Assembly: GCA_963797775.1 (NCBI GenBank) | Contig: CAWCQV010000029.1 | Location: forward strand, 75,964 to 139,963 | DNA from: an uncultured Alphaproteobacteria bacterium | GTDB taxonomy: Bacteria; Pseudomonadota; Alphaproteobacteria; Rhizobiales; Xanthobacteraceae | Direction of reading: 5' to 3' | Length of the DNA stretch: 64,000 nt | In this document: positions 63,663 to 64,000 of the stretch, piece by piece | Layout of the letters: the number at the start of each line of letters is the position of its first letter | Position numbering within the stretch: the stretch's first letter is position 1 | Notes under the pieces: generated by a model | Database searches by the model: none | What the model saw: the letters and a program-made list of their open reading frames with translations, nothing else | What the model was told of the DNA's origin: nothing | Translations under genes and position numbers: made by a program

Positions 63663-64000
63663 TTACGCCGCCAGCATCTTTTGCACTTCGTTGACCAGTT
63701 CGCGCAGATGGATCGGCTTCGACAGCACCTTGGCATGCTTTGGCGCGCTCGAATCGGAGTTGAGCGCCACCGCGGCGAAGCCGGTGATGAACATGATCTT
63801 GATGTCCGGATCGAGCTCGGCCGCGCGGCGCGCCAATTCTATCCCGTCCATCTCCGGCATGACGATATCGGTGAGCAGGAGTTCGAACGGCTCCTCGCGC
63901 AGCCGCTGGTATGCGGATAGGCCGTTGTCGTAGGAAATCACCTCGAAGCCGGCATTTTGCAGCGCCTTGACCAGGAAACGCCGCATGTCGATGTCGTCTT
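63663..64000 (-). CDS. cpdR: Single-domain response regulator receiver (CpdR-like); N-terminus outside window
   Basis: Reads ..DDIDMRRFLVKALQNAGFEVISYDNGLSAYQRLREEPFELLLTDIVMPEMDGIELARRAAELDPDIKIMFITGFAAVAL...KVLSKPIHLRELVNEVQKMLAA. The reading frame continues past position 64000. Confidence 0.7.
   Translation of the reverse strand, partial: DDIDMRRFLVKALQNAGFEVISYDNGLSAYQRLREEPFELLLTDIVMPEMDGIELARRAAELDPDIKIMFITGFAAVALNSDSSAPKHAKVLSKPIHLRELVNEVQKMLAA

Noticed and set aside
1-64000. Mobile elements, prophage, defence islands, CRISPR, tRNA/rRNA
   Set aside because: I recognised no transposase, integrase, recombinase, Cas, restriction, toxin-antitoxin or phage structural genes among the ORFs. 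I saw no tRNA-like T-arm or rRNA sequences in the intergenic gaps.

Overview
High-GC, densely coding chromosomal segment. Its protein families and its intergenic hairpin repeats look alphaproteobacterial (Rhizobiales, Bradyrhizobiaceae/Nitrobacteraceae-like); this taxon call is inference. I recognise about 60 genes, mostly transport and metabolism. They include: a LivHMGF-type ABC importer with three tandem Tat-signal binding proteins (one frameshifted); a CocE/NonD hydrolase; two beta-hydroxyacid dehydrogenases, GlcG and maiA; thiE-thiD; two c-type cytochromes; an RND efflux pair; an HtrA-like protease; a TauD-family dioxygenase; a secreted CHAP-like protein; two orphan molybdenum-hydroxylase large subunits; sugar-nucleotide and envelope genes (ugd, murJ, DegT aminotransferase, Gfo/Idh/MocA oxidoreductase, manC, gmhA, gmhB, a UDP-glucuronate-epimerase-like gene, cysD-cysNC); mtaP; a TRAP transporter with four tandem DctP paralogs (one frameshifted); an acyl-CoA dehydrogenase; two Bug/TctC binding proteins; hmgA; a lytic transglycosylase; an ATP-grasp/HExxH-peptidase pair; a gentisate-dioxygenase-like cupin; a formamidase; a dienelactone hydrolase; an ornithine cyclodeaminase; and a partial CpdR-like receiver. 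I saw no rRNA, tRNA, CRISPR array, transposase, integrase or phage genes. The best candidate for an undescribed system lies at 45.9-47.3 kb. There a Rex-like wHTH regulator is ATGA-coupled to a specialised NusG/RfaH-like paralog. This pair is followed on the coding strand by an 11/12 match to the enterobacterial ops element, just upstream of cysD-cysNC-epimerase. Two TGTTCA-N5-TGAAC palindromes precede the pair. Other items worth a second look: (1) an ATGA-coupled HExxH peptidase + D-Ala-D-Ala-ligase-like ATP-grasp pair; (2) a Mo-hydroxylase ORF with no stop at its expected end, which runs about 780 nt antisense through a dienelactone hydrolase gene; (3) multi-copy binding-protein arrays whose promoter-proximal copy carries a 1-nt deletion; (4) a 489-nt lower-GC gap with a lipoprotein-like sORF and a strong intrinsic terminator just before the CHAP gene. 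All family calls come from reading motifs in the supplied translations. No database search was run.
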